Of a stretch of 64,000 nt of DNA, positions 20,048 through 28,777 are shown piece by piece (within the stretch, counting starts at the first letter, position 1; every line of letters begins with the position of its first letter). Source of the stretch: an uncultured bacterium (lineage in GTDB: Bacteria; Krumholzibacteriota; Krumholzibacteriia; JACNKJ01); the NCBI GenBank assembly GCA_963695095.1, contig CAVOFT010000001.1, positions 2,048,001 through 2,112,000 of the forward strand, given 5' to 3'. The position numbers and the translations under genes were made by a program. The notes under the pieces are model-generated. The model ran no database searches and had not been told where the DNA came from. It was given only the letters and a program-made list of their open reading frames with translations.

Positions 20048-20668
20048 CTAGCGGAGGCTGTCTGCGTCCGCGGCAGGCTTCAGGCTGTCGACGGCGCCGG
20101 CAAAGGGCAGCAGGGGCCGCAGCGGGTCGGCGGTCTGGATGGCCCCCCGCTCGCTCGCTGCAGCGGAGGAGCGCTGGCTGCCGCCGACGACACGCAGGCC
20201 GGCCTGATCAGCGGGAGCGCCGGGGAAGGGCTGCGGCGCAGCGGGGATGCCGAGATCCCCACCCGCCACCGCTCCCGGCGCCGGCGCGCCGGCGACCGGC
20301 GCCGGGGGCATGGGCGGCGCCTGGGCGAGGCGATAGGCCGTGTAGCCGCCGCCGACGGCCAGCAACAGCGCCGCGGCCGCAGAGAGCAGGAAGCGCGGCC
20401 AGAAGTCCCGTCCGGCATCCACATCCGCGTAGCGCCAGGCTTCGAGCTGCGCTTGCTGCAGCTTGCGGCGGAGGTTCCAGTCGAAGTTGACGGAGGGCTC
20501 CGCGAGGGGTTCGGCATGCAGGGCGCTCAAGCCCGCCTGCAGGTCCTGCAGATAGGCCGAACACTCGACACAGCCGCCGAGATGGCGATTGAGTCGCGTC
20601 TGCTGCGCGGGATCGAGCAGCTCGTCGAGAAAGAGGGAGATCAGCGCCTGGGCGCGCTTGCAGGTCAT
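20048..20668 (-). CDS. zinc-finger (ZAS, zf-HC2) membrane anti-sigma factor
   Basis: MTC...HLGGCVEC (HxxxCxxC) and one TM helix. Overlaps the sigma gene stop. Confidence 0.88.
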   Translation of the reverse strand: MTCKRAQALISLFLDELLDPAQQTRLNRHLGGCVECSAYLQDLQAGLSALHAEPLAEPSVNFDWNLRRKLQQAQLEAWRYADVDAGRDFWPRFLLSAAAALLLAVGGGYTAYRLAQAPPMPPAPVAGAPAPGAVAGGDLGIPAAPQPFPGAPADQAGLRVVGGSQRSSAAASERGAIQTADPLRPLLPFAGAVDSLKPAADADSLR

Positions 20669-21306
20669 TGCAGGGGGCCTCCATCAGCGGTGCGTGGAAT
20701 TTCCTCGTCGTCGAAGCGGGCCAGCCAGTGCTTGCGGAAGTGCGAGCGGGCCCGATTGATGCGGCTGCGCACGGTACCGAGCTTGAGCCCCGTGGCAGCC
20801 GCGATTTCCTCATAGCTGAGATCGTGAACCTCGCGCAGGACGAAGGGTTCCCGGTAGTGCGCGGGGATCTTGACCATGATTTCCGAGATGGCGCGCCGTT
20901 CCTCGCGGCGCTCCAGGGTCTTGTCCTGCAGCTCCTGCCGGTCCGGCGCCTCCATCTCGACCTTGTCGTCGCCCTGCCCGATCAGCGGCATGCGAATGAT
21001 GGGACTCCGCTTCTTCCGCCGCGCGTGGTTGCGCACGAGGTTGATGGCGATCGTGTAGAGCCAGGTGCTGAACTTGGCGATGGTGCGGTACTTGTCGGCA
21101 TTGATGTAGGCCCGCACGAGCGCGTCCTGGGTGATCTCCTCCGCCAAGTCGGGGTCGGCCACCATGCGCAGCACGAAGTTGTAGAGGCGGCGCTTGAAGC
21201 GGTGCACGAGTTCGTCGTAGGCCCGCTTGTCACCCCCCTGTACAGCGAGGATGAGGTCTTCGTCACTGAGCACGCCGCGCGCCTCCTGGCGATGCCAAAC
21301 TTGCAT
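20665..21306 (-). CDS. ECF RNA polymerase sigma factor
   Basis: AEEITQDALVRAY, FSTWLYTIAIN, LSYEEIAAATGLKLGTVRSRINRAR. Confidence 0.95.
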   Translation of the reverse strand: MQVWHRQEARGVLSDEDLILAVQGGDKRAYDELVHRFKRRLYNFVLRMVADPDLAEEITQDALVRAYINADKYRTIAKFSTWLYTIAINLVRNHARRKKRSPIIRMPLIGQGDDKVEMEAPDRQELQDKTLERREERRAISEIMVKIPAHYREPFVLREVHDLSYEEIAAATGLKLGTVRSRINRARSHFRKHWLARFDDEEIPRTADGGPLQ

Positions 21307-21338
21307 GCTTCACGCTCCAAGACCGCTGGGGTGCCGGC

Positions 21339-22073
21339 CTAGAACGCGGGGTCCCGCAACCGGTTCCCGGCTGCGTCGAGAAAGAGCCAATCCTCCGGGC
21401 TCAGCGCCGGGCGCTTCGCAAGGCGCGAAGTGGCGCGCAGCCATTGCCCGCCGGGCAGCTGCAGCCTCAGCTGGGAGCCAGCTCCCCGCGGCCCGTCCTG
21501 CCAGTGACAGCGCAGCGTTCCTGCCGGCAGCTCCCAGGTCAGGCGCCAGGCCCGCGTGCCCCGCAGGCGGAGCGTCGCGCTCCCGCCGGCAAGGCCGCCG
21601 CGGAGCACCGGCCAGCCGTCCTCCTCGCCCGCCACGGCCAGCTCGAGGCAGTCGGCGAGGAGCCGTCCGTCCCCGGCCAGGAGGGCCGTCCAGGCCGCCG
21701 GCGGCAGCAGCTCCAGGAATTCTCGCCAGGGCCCGGCCTCGGGAACGAGTTCGCGCGCTCCCGCCGGCGTCGCCCAGCTGAGCAGGGCCTGCCCCTCGCG
21801 CAGCAGGTACTGCCGTTCAGCGAGCAGGGGCAGCGCGGGCAGCGACACGGCCAGCGCAACGCGCTCGCTGTCGAGAGCGCGCAGGCAAAAACTCCCGCCG
21901 CGATGCACCAGCCCGGCGCCGGCCAGCCAGCGCCCGCGTATCTCGATGGGGACAGCGCCCGCCTCGCCGGCTCTCAATGGAGAGGGGCTCAAAGCCAGCC
22001 AGAGCGCGCTGCTCCAGCAGGCGAGCAGGCTGGCCTTGGACCAGCGCCGCTCAGTCCTGGGACTTGGGGCCAT
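21339..22073 (-). CDS. hypothetical protein, possible signal peptide
   Basis: Fills the gap between tatA and the sigma gene, with a hydrophobic N-terminal stretch. Start uncertain; no family recognised. Confidence 0.5.
   Translation of the reverse strand: MAPSPRTERRWSKASLLACWSSALWLALSPSPLRAGEAGAVPIEIRGRWLAGAGLVHRGGSFCLRALDSERVALAVSLPALPLLAERQYLLREGQALLSWATPAGARELVPEAGPWREFLELLPPAAWTALLAGDGRLLADCLELAVAGEEDGWPVLRGGLAGGSATLRLRGTRAWRLTWELPAGTLRCHWQDGPRGAGSQLRLQLPGGQWLRATSRLAKRPALSPEDWLFLDAAGNRLRDPAF
21340..21367 (-). promoter_or_regulatory. putative ECF-type autoregulatory promoter
   Basis: GGAAC-N16-CGTT about 37 nt upstream of the sigma ATG. Confidence 0.55.
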
Positions 22074-22257
22074 TGTCGCCGGCGCTGCCTCCCTCGGGCG
22101 GAGCCCCCGGCTTGGACCCGCCGCGCATGCCCTGCTGAAACTCGCGGATGCCGGAGCCGAGACCGCGGGCAAGCTCGGGGATCTTGCGGCCGCCGAAGAG
22201 GAGCAGAATGGCGAGCACGATGAGGACGATTTCCCACTGTCCGATGGCAGCGAACAT
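22051..22257 (-). CDS. tatA: twin-arginine translocase TatA/E
   Basis: EIVLIVLAILLLFGGRKIPELARGLGSGIREF. Confidence 0.95.
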   Translation of the reverse strand: MFAAIGQWEIVLIVLAILLLFGGRKIPELARGLGSGIREFQQGMRGGSKPGAPPEGGSAGDNGPKSQD

Positions 22258-22293
22258 GGCAACTCCCCTTGGCTGTTTGATTTAGCCCATGAC

Positions 22294-22374
22294 AACATAG
22301 TCGCGGCCCGCGGGTCTGTCCAATGAAAAGCGCGCCGCCTCCGGCTTGCCCCCAGCCGCGCCCCCGCCTAGACT
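22294..22374. promoter_or_regulatory. divergent promoters for tatA (-) and ABC exporter (+)
   Basis: Minus TGGACA-N17-TATGTT (22294-22322); plus TTGCCC-N17-TAGACT (22346-22374). Confidence 0.6.
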
Positions 22375-22402
22375 GTCTGCCCCCACCCCTTGGAGGTCAG
22401 CC

Positions 22403-24178
22403 ATCCGGCTCCTGCTTCGCCTGTTGCCCTATCTGGCGCGCCGCAAGGGGCGCTTTGCCCTGGGGCTGGCCTGCCTGCTGCTCGCCAATCTTGCCGCGAC
22501 CGCCATCCCCTGGCTGGTCGGGGAGATCGTCGATGGCCTCCGCAAGGCACATGCCGCCGGCGGTCAGTTGCCGCCGGGATTTCTCTCCCAGCACATCCTC
22601 ATTCTCAGCGCCCTGTCCCTGCTGGGCGGCGCCTTCATGTTCGGCATGCGCTATCTGCTGATCGGCATCAGCCGCGACATCGAGTTCGAGCTGCGCGAGG
22701 ATTTCTTCGCCCACCTGCTGCGCCTGGATCCCGCCTACTACCAGCGCCAGCCCGTGGGCGACCTCATGGCCAGGGCCGGCAGCGACCTGGGCGCCGTGCG
22801 CATGCTCCTCGGTCCGGGCGTGATGTACACGATGAACACCGCCGCCGCGCTCGTCATGACCCTGACCCTGATGCTCGCCACCGACTGGCGGCTCACGCTG
22901 CTGGGCCTGAGCCCCCTGCCCGTGCTGAGCCTGCTCATCTACCTCATCAGCAGCCGCTTCCACCGCGGTTACACGAGCATCCAGGAGCAGTTCAGCCGCT
23001 TGACCAGCCGCGTGCAGGAGAATCTCACCGGCATCCGCATCGTCAAGGCCTTCGGGCGCGAGGAGAGCGAGCTCGAGCGCTTTCGCCACGAGGGTAGCGC
23101 CTATAGCCGCGCAAATCTCCGCCTGTACGGCATGATGGCGCTGTTCATGCCCACCCTGCGCCTGCTCAGCGGTCTGTCCATCGTGATCATCCTCTTCTTC
23201 GGCGGGCGCGCCGTCGCCGGGGACCGGATCAGCCTCGGCGAGCTGGTCGCCTTCATCCAGTACATGATCCGACTCAGCTGGCCGATGGCCGCTCTCGGCT
23301 GGGTCACGGGCATCATCCAGCGCGGCAGCGCCTCCTGGCTGCGACTGGTCGAGGTGCTGGACCAGGAACCGGCCATCCAGGGGCCGCCGTCGGCCCCCAC
23401 CGACGCCCCCCTCCGCGGCGGCCTCGAGATCCGCAATCTCAGCTTCGCCTACGCGGGCCATCCCGTGCTCAGGGAGATCAGCCTCGAGCTGCCCGCCGGC
23501 GCGAGCCTGGGCATCGTCGGCCCGACGGGCAGCGGCAAGACCACGCTGCTGCGCCTGATCCCCCGCCTCCTCGATCCCCCGGTCGGCAGCATCTTCCTCG
23601 CCGGCCGCGACATCACCGGCCTGCCCCTGGCCCAGCTGCGCGCGTCCATCGCCTGGGCGGGGCAGGAACCCCGGCTCTTCAGCGAGAGCCTCGACGCGAA
23701 CCTGCGCCACGGCGATCTCGGCATCGACCCGGCGGCCCGCGACCGCGCCGCCCGGGATGCCGGCGTGCTGGAGGAGGTGCTCGGCTTTCCCGCCGGCTGG
23801 GAGACGCCCATCGGCGAACGCGGCGTGAACCTGTCCGGCGGCCAGCAGCAGCGCGTGAGCCTGGCGCGCGCCCTGCTCAAGGACGCCGGCCTGCTCATCC
23901 TCGATGCCCCCTTCGCGAGCGTGGACACCCAGACCGAGGAGGGCATTCTCGCCGCCCTGCGCGCCGAGGCTCAGGGCCGCGCGCTGATCCTCGTCAGCCA
24001 CCGGGTCTCCACGGTACGCCATTGCGATCAGATCGTCGTCCTGGACGGCGGCCGCATTGTCGCTGCCGGCGATCACGCCGGCCTCCTCGCAGCCGGCGGC
24101 CTCTACGCGCGGCTCCACGAGCGCCAGCTCCTCGAAGAGGAACTGGACCGGAGCCGTGACGAGCGGGAGCGCGCATGA
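22403..24178 (+). CDS. heterodimeric ABC exporter subunit 1 (TMD+NBD), probable ATC start
   Basis: TM domain, GPTGSGKT, LSGGQ, degenerate Walker B ILDA. SD GGAGG-N6-ATC; the ORF track starts it at TTG 22346 instead. Confidence 0.9.
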   Translation: MRLLLRLLPYLARRKGRFALGLACLLLANLAATAIPWLVGEIVDGLRKAHAAGGQLPPGFLSQHILILSALSLLGGAFMFGMRYLLIGISRDIEFELREDFFAHLLRLDPAYYQRQPVGDLMARAGSDLGAVRMLLGPGVMYTMNTAAALVMTLTLMLATDWRLTLLGLSPLPVLSLLIYLISSRFHRGYTSIQEQFSRLTSRVQENLTGIRIVKAFGREESELERFRHEGSAYSRANLRLYGMMALFMPTLRLLSGLSIVIILFFGGRAVAGDRISLGELVAFIQYMIRLSWPMAALGWVTGIIQRGSASWLRLVEVLDQEPAIQGPPSAPTDAPLRGGLEIRNLSFAYAGHPVLREISLELPAGASLGIVGPTGSGKTTLLRLIPRLLDPPVGSIFLAGRDITGLPLAQLRASIAWAGQEPRLFSESLDANLRHGDLGIDPAARDRAARDAGVLEEVLGFPAGWETPIGERGVNLSGGQQQRVSLARALLKDAGLLILDAPFASVDTQTEEGILAALRAEAQGRALILVSHRVSTVRHCDQIVVLDGGRIVAAGDHAGLLAAGGLYARLHERQLLEEELDRSRDERERA

Positions 24179-25965
24179 GCGCTCGCAAGTACGAGCAGTC
24201 GGACCAGGCGCCCCAGCAGGTCTACGACGCGCGGCTCATGCGCCGGGCCCTCGCCTACCTGCGGCCCCACCGGCTGCAGGTGGGCCTGGCCGTCATCCTG
24301 CTCACGGCCGCCTCGCTGGCCGGCCTGGCCGGTCCCCTGCTCGTCAAGCTGGGCATCGACGAGGGCATTCTCGGCGGCGACCGGCACCGGCTCCTGCAGG
24401 TGACCCTGCTCTTCGCCCTGCTCCAGCTCGTCGAATTCGGCCTCGGCTACTGGCAGACCCTGATCGTGGCCGGCCTCGGCCAGCGCTTCATGCTCGACCT
24501 GCGCGTGCAGCTCTTCGCCCACATCCAGCGCCTGCCCGTGGCCTTCTTCGATCGCAACCCCGTCGGCCGCCTGATGACCCGCCTCACCGGCGATGTCGAG
24601 TTGCTCAACGAGATGTTCAGCTCGGGCCTGGTCGCGATCATCGGCGACCTCCTGACACTGGCCGTGATCCTGGGCTACCTGCTCCTGCTCAACGTGCGCC
24701 TGGCGCTGATCACCTTTGCGCTGCTGCCGCTGCTCACCCTGATCACGCTCATCTTCCGCGGCCGCCTGCGCCGCAACTTCCGCGAGGTGCAGCTGCGCGT
24801 CGCCGCGATGAACGCCTTTCTCCAGGAACACCTGACCGGGATCGAGGTGATCCAGGTCTACGGTCAAGAGGAGCGCGCGGCAGCCCGCTTCCGCGAACTC
24901 AATCGCGCGCACACGCGGGCCCACCTGGACAGCGTGTTCAACTTCGGGCTCTTCTTCCCGCTGGTCGAAATCGTGGCCGTGCTCTCGATCACGCTCAGCC
25001 TGGGCTTCGGCGGCCGCTGGTACGCGACCGGCGCGGGACTCAGCCTGGGCGACCTGGCCGCCTTCATCCTCTATGCCCGGCGCTTCTTCCAGCCGATCAG
25101 CGATCTCAGCGAGAAGTTCAACATCATGCAGGCGGCCATGGCGTCCAGCGAGCGCATCTTTCGCCTGCTCGATACGCCCGCCGACCCGCTGGCGCCGCCC
25201 GCCCCCGCGCACCCGGAGCGCCTGCGCGGGGCGATCCGCTTCGAGCGCGTGCGCTTCGGCTACGATCCCGAGCAGCCCGTCCTCCACGACATCGAGATCG
25301 ATATCGCCCCCGGCGAGCGGATCGCCCTGGTGGGACCGACGGGCGGCGGCAAGTCGAGCATCCTCGGCTTGCTCCTGCGCTTCTATCGCCCCCAGGCGGG
25401 GCGCATCCTGATCGACGGCGTGGACCTGGCCGACTTGCCGGCGGCTGTGCTGCGCGGGCAGGTGGCCCTCGTTCAACAGGACGTCGTTCTCTTCCCGGGC
25501 AGCATCGCCGAGAACATCAGCCTCGGCAATCCGGCGATCGGCGCCGACCGGGTGCGCGAAGCGATTCGCCTCGTCGGGGCCCAGACCTTCATCGAGCGCC
25601 TACCCCAGGGGCTCGCCACGCCGCTGCAGGTGGGCGGGGGCGGCCTCTCCACCGGCCAGAAGCAGCTCATCGCCTTCGCGCGCGCCCTGGCCCACGACCC
25701 CGCCCTGCTCATCCTCGACGAGGCGACCAGCGCCGTCGACACCGAAACCGAAGCCCTGCTCCAGCGCGGCTTGGAGCCGCTGCTCGCCGGGCGGACGAGC
25801 GTCGTCGTCGCCCACCGGCTGGGCACGATTCGCGGCGCCGACCGCATCCTCGTCGTGCAGCGCGGGCGCATCGTGGAGACCGGCGATCACGCCAGCCTCC
25901 TCGCCGCGGACGGGCTCTACGCAAGGCTCCACCGGCTCCAGTATCTCGATGCGCCCGCTCCCTGA
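24175..25965 (+). CDS. heterodimeric ABC exporter subunit 2 (TMD+NBD)
   Basis: FFDRNPVGRLMTR, GPTGGGKS, LSTGQ, ILDEATS, AHRL. ATGA overlap with subunit 1. Confidence 0.93.
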   Translation: MSARKYEQSDQAPQQVYDARLMRRALAYLRPHRLQVGLAVILLTAASLAGLAGPLLVKLGIDEGILGGDRHRLLQVTLLFALLQLVEFGLGYWQTLIVAGLGQRFMLDLRVQLFAHIQRLPVAFFDRNPVGRLMTRLTGDVELLNEMFSSGLVAIIGDLLTLAVILGYLLLLNVRLALITFALLPLLTLITLIFRGRLRRNFREVQLRVAAMNAFLQEHLTGIEVIQVYGQEERAAARFRELNRAHTRAHLDSVFNFGLFFPLVEIVAVLSITLSLGFGGRWYATGAGLSLGDLAAFILYARRFFQPISDLSEKFNIMQAAMASSERIFRLLDTPADPLAPPAPAHPERLRGAIRFERVRFGYDPEQPVLHDIEIDIAPGERIALVGPTGGGKSSILGLLLRFYRPQAGRILIDGVDLADLPAAVLRGQVALVQQDVVLFPGSIAENISLGNPAIGADRVREAIRLVGAQTFIERLPQGLATPLQVGGGGLSTGQKQLIAFARALAHDPALLILDEATSAVDTETEALLQRGLEPLLAGRTSVVVAHRLGTIRGADRILVVQRGRIVETGDHASLLAADGLYARLHRLQYLDAPAP

Positions 25966-26063
25966 GGCGCCGAACGGATCCATCCTTGCAGGCTGGGGCA
26001 GCAGCGGTGGGCGCAGGGCGCGCCGGGCCCTGGACTTCCCCATGCTTCCCCGGGAGCGTGCGC

Positions 26064-27536
26064 TTGGCCCTGGATCAACTCGCGAAAGACACGCTGCTCG
26101 GACGCACACCCGACGAGACCGAGCGCGCCCTCGGTGACGCGCTGGACCGCTGGGCGCCCACGGCGCCCGCGCTCGACGCGCAACTCGTCCGCCTGGGCGC
26201 GGAGGAGGGCCTTCTCAAGCGCCGAGTGGCGCTCTGGGAACTGCTCGCCGCCCTGGACCGCAGGAGCCGCCAGCGCCAGCTGGAGGCCATCATCGGCGCC
26301 GCCTACCGGGAGGACGCCGGCGGCCTGCGCCTGCTGTTCAGCTTTCTTTGCGGACGGCCGCGCAGCTTTCTCTACCCGGAGCGCATCGCCACGCTGCGCC
26401 ATGTGGAGCGCCTGGGCCGGCGCCTGCTCTTCGTGCAGCCGCCGCGCACCGACGAGGAACTGGCCTGGCTGGAGACGCTGCAGGCCCTGCTCGCGCGCAA
26501 TCAGGATGCGGCCTTCCCCGCTGGCCTCGGGCCCCTGCGCACCCAGCTCGCCGACATGCTCGCGGCGCCGGCCGGGCTCCCCTCTCCGTTGCCGGCGGAG
26601 CTCGGCGAACTCATCCTCCTCGAGGGCCGCGCGGCCAGCCTCCGCGGCGCCCGCCTCGTCGATCAGGTCGGCGAGTACGACCCGGCCGCCCTCGCCCGGC
26701 TCCTGCCGCTCGTCGTTGCCCTCGACGAATGGCAGGGCGACCTGCAGACACTGGTCAGCCGGGGCGCCCGCGGCCTCAAGCATCCCCTCGAGCAGTTCCT
26801 GGGCGACGACGAGCTCGCCGGCTGGCAGCGCGATCTGGCCGCCGACGAGCGGGCGCCCGGCCGGCTGCTGGCCGGCTGGGTGCGCTGGATGAGCGAGACG
26901 GAAATGGTGGGCAATGAGCCGGCGGCCTGGGTGGGCCTCCTGCGCACCCTGGGCGGCCGCCGCTATCGCAAGACCCTCCACGCGGCGCTGCTCCTGCCGC
27001 TGCGCTGGCGCGCGCGGCGCCTCGGCCTCGACACGCGGCCGCCTCAGTCGCTCTTTCGCGGCCCGGCAGTCAGCGAGGCCGAGGGCCTCTTCTGGGTGGA
27101 TCTGGACGCCCTGCTCTGGGCGGACTGGGTGAGCGCGGACGGCCGGCCGTCCAGCCCCGAGGAGTGGCGCGCGCCCGAGTCGCCGCTGGCCCTGCTGCGC
27201 AGCCGTATCCAGGACGACGCCTTCTGCGAGTTGATCCTGGACAACCCGAAGTGGAGCGGCCGCAACGGCACGGTCGAGATCATCGCCCGCGGCAGCCGCA
27301 GCGTGAAGATCCTCCTGCGCATCGCTCGCGAACGCCGCCTGCACAGCGGCGCCGCCAATCGCGGCGTGCCGCTCGCGCTGCTGGAAAACCCCACGGGCAT
27401 TCCCCTGAGCGCCCTGCGCGCCTTCCTCGGCCCGCGCTACATCTCGCACCATGATATCGGCCGCCTCGCCCGCGGCGCCTCCGGCGTGCGCCAGGAGATC
27501 ATCCGCGAGGCCCGCGAGCTGATCAAGCGCGGCTAG
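26064..27536 (+). CDS. hypothetical helical protein
   Basis: Protein-like 3' part of ORF 24057..27536, with GGGAG-N7-TTG start. Leu/Trp-rich. Confidence 0.7.
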   Translation: MALDQLAKDTLLGRTPDETERALGDALDRWAPTAPALDAQLVRLGAEEGLLKRRVALWELLAALDRRSRQRQLEAIIGAAYREDAGGLRLLFSFLCGRPRSFLYPERIATLRHVERLGRRLLFVQPPRTDEELAWLETLQALLARNQDAAFPAGLGPLRTQLADMLAAPAGLPSPLPAELGELILLEGRAASLRGARLVDQVGEYDPAALARLLPLVVALDEWQGDLQTLVSRGARGLKHPLEQFLGDDELAGWQRDLAADERAPGRLLAGWVRWMSETEMVGNEPAAWVGLLRTLGGRRYRKTLHAALLLPLRWRARRLGLDTRPPQSLFRGPAVSEAEGLFWVDLDALLWADWVSADGRPSSPEEWRAPESPLALLRSRIQDDAFCELILDNPKWSGRNGTVEIIARGSRSVKILLRIARERRLHSGAANRGVPLALLENPTGIPLSALRAFLGPRYISHHDIGRLARGASGVRQEIIREARELIKRG

Positions 27537-28663
27537 GCGCCCGCCGCGTAGAAGGCCGCCAGGCTGTCCAGCACGCGCTGCTCGCGCGCTTCTCCCAGCT
27601 CCGGATAGATGGGCAGCGAGAGCACCTCGGCCGCCAGGCGCTCGGTCATGGGCAGCGCGCGCCCGGCGCTGGGCAAAGCTGCGAAGCAGGGCTGGCGGTG
27701 GAGTGGCACGGGATAGTAGACCGCGGCGCCGATGCCGTCGGCCGCCAGGTGCGCGAGCAGGGCGTCGCGCCGGCCGCCGGCCACCCGCAGCGTGAACTGG
27801 TGGAAGACGTGCTCTTCATCGCCCGGCGCCGGCAGGCGTGGCGCCCTCAGGCGATCCGCGAGGCCGCGGGCCGCGATCCCCGCTGCGTAGCGGGCGGCGA
27901 TCGCCCGCCGCTCCTGATTCCAGAGGGCGAGCCGGGGCAGCTTGGCGTGCAGCACAGCGGCCTGGAGGGCGTCCAGGCGCCCGTTCATCCCCACCTCGCC
28001 ATGATGGTAGCGCGCGGTCTCGCCGTGATTGCGATAGCGCCGCGCGCGCTCCAGGAGCGCCGCGTCCGGGCCGGCGAGCAGACCGCCGTCGCCCGCCCCG
28101 CCCAGGTTCTTGCTGGGAAAGAAGGAGAAGGCGCCGATGTGGCCGAGGCTGCCGCTCGCGCCCAGTGCGTCGCGCGCACCCACGGACTGGGCGGCATCCT
28201 CGATGAGGACCAGCCCGCGCTCGGCGGCCAGGGCCCGCCAGGGTCGCCAGTCCATCTGGCGACCATAGAGATGAACGCCGATCACCGCCTTCGTGCGGGG
28301 CGTGAGGACGCGGCGGGCGTCGGCGGGGTCCATGAGGAAGTCCTCATCCACGTCGACGAAGACCGGCGTCGCACCCCGCTGCACCACGGCCCCTGCCGTC
28401 GCGAAGAAGGTGAAGGCGGGCAGGAGCACCTCGTCGCCCTGGCCCACGTCGAGCACGGCCAGGGCGATGATCAAGGCATCGCTGCCGCTGGCGACTCCCA
28501 CCGTCGTCGGCACGCCGAGGAACTCCGCCATCGCCGCCTCGAAGTCGCTCACCGTCTTGCCGAGAATGAAGCTCTGCGCTTCGAAGAGCGCTTCCACGCG
28601 CGCGCGGATCTCATCACGCAGGCCGGCATGCTGAGCGGGCAGGTCGAGCTGAGGCACCTTCAT
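27533..28663 (-). CDS. DegT/DnrJ/EryC1/StrS family PLP aminotransferase
   Basis: SGSDAL, IEDAAQ, FSFFPSKNLG, NGRLDALQAA, VLSLPIYP. Confidence 0.95.
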   Translation of the reverse strand: MKVPQLDLPAQHAGLRDEIRARVEALFEAQSFILGKTVSDFEAAMAEFLGVPTTVGVASGSDALIIALAVLDVGQGDEVLLPAFTFFATAGAVVQRGATPVFVDVDEDFLMDPADARRVLTPRTKAVIGVHLYGRQMDWRPWRALAAERGLVLIEDAAQSVGARDALGASGSLGHIGAFSFFPSKNLGGAGDGGLLAGPDAALLERARRYRNHGETARYHHGEVGMNGRLDALQAAVLHAKLPRLALWNQERRAIAARYAAGIAARGLADRLRAPRLPAPGDEEHVFHQFTLRVAGGRRDALLAHLAADGIGAAVYYPVPLHRQPCFAALPSAGRALPMTERLAAEVLSLPIYPELGEAREQRVLDSLAAFYAAGA

Positions 28664-28777
28664 TGCGGACTCCCTTCGCGCCGGATCGGCACTCTAGCAT
28701 TTCCCCGCGCCGCAGCGAAGTGGCCGAGGAGACATTCTTGCAATGCTCGCGGCGTGGACAGGAAGGAGCCTTTCGCA

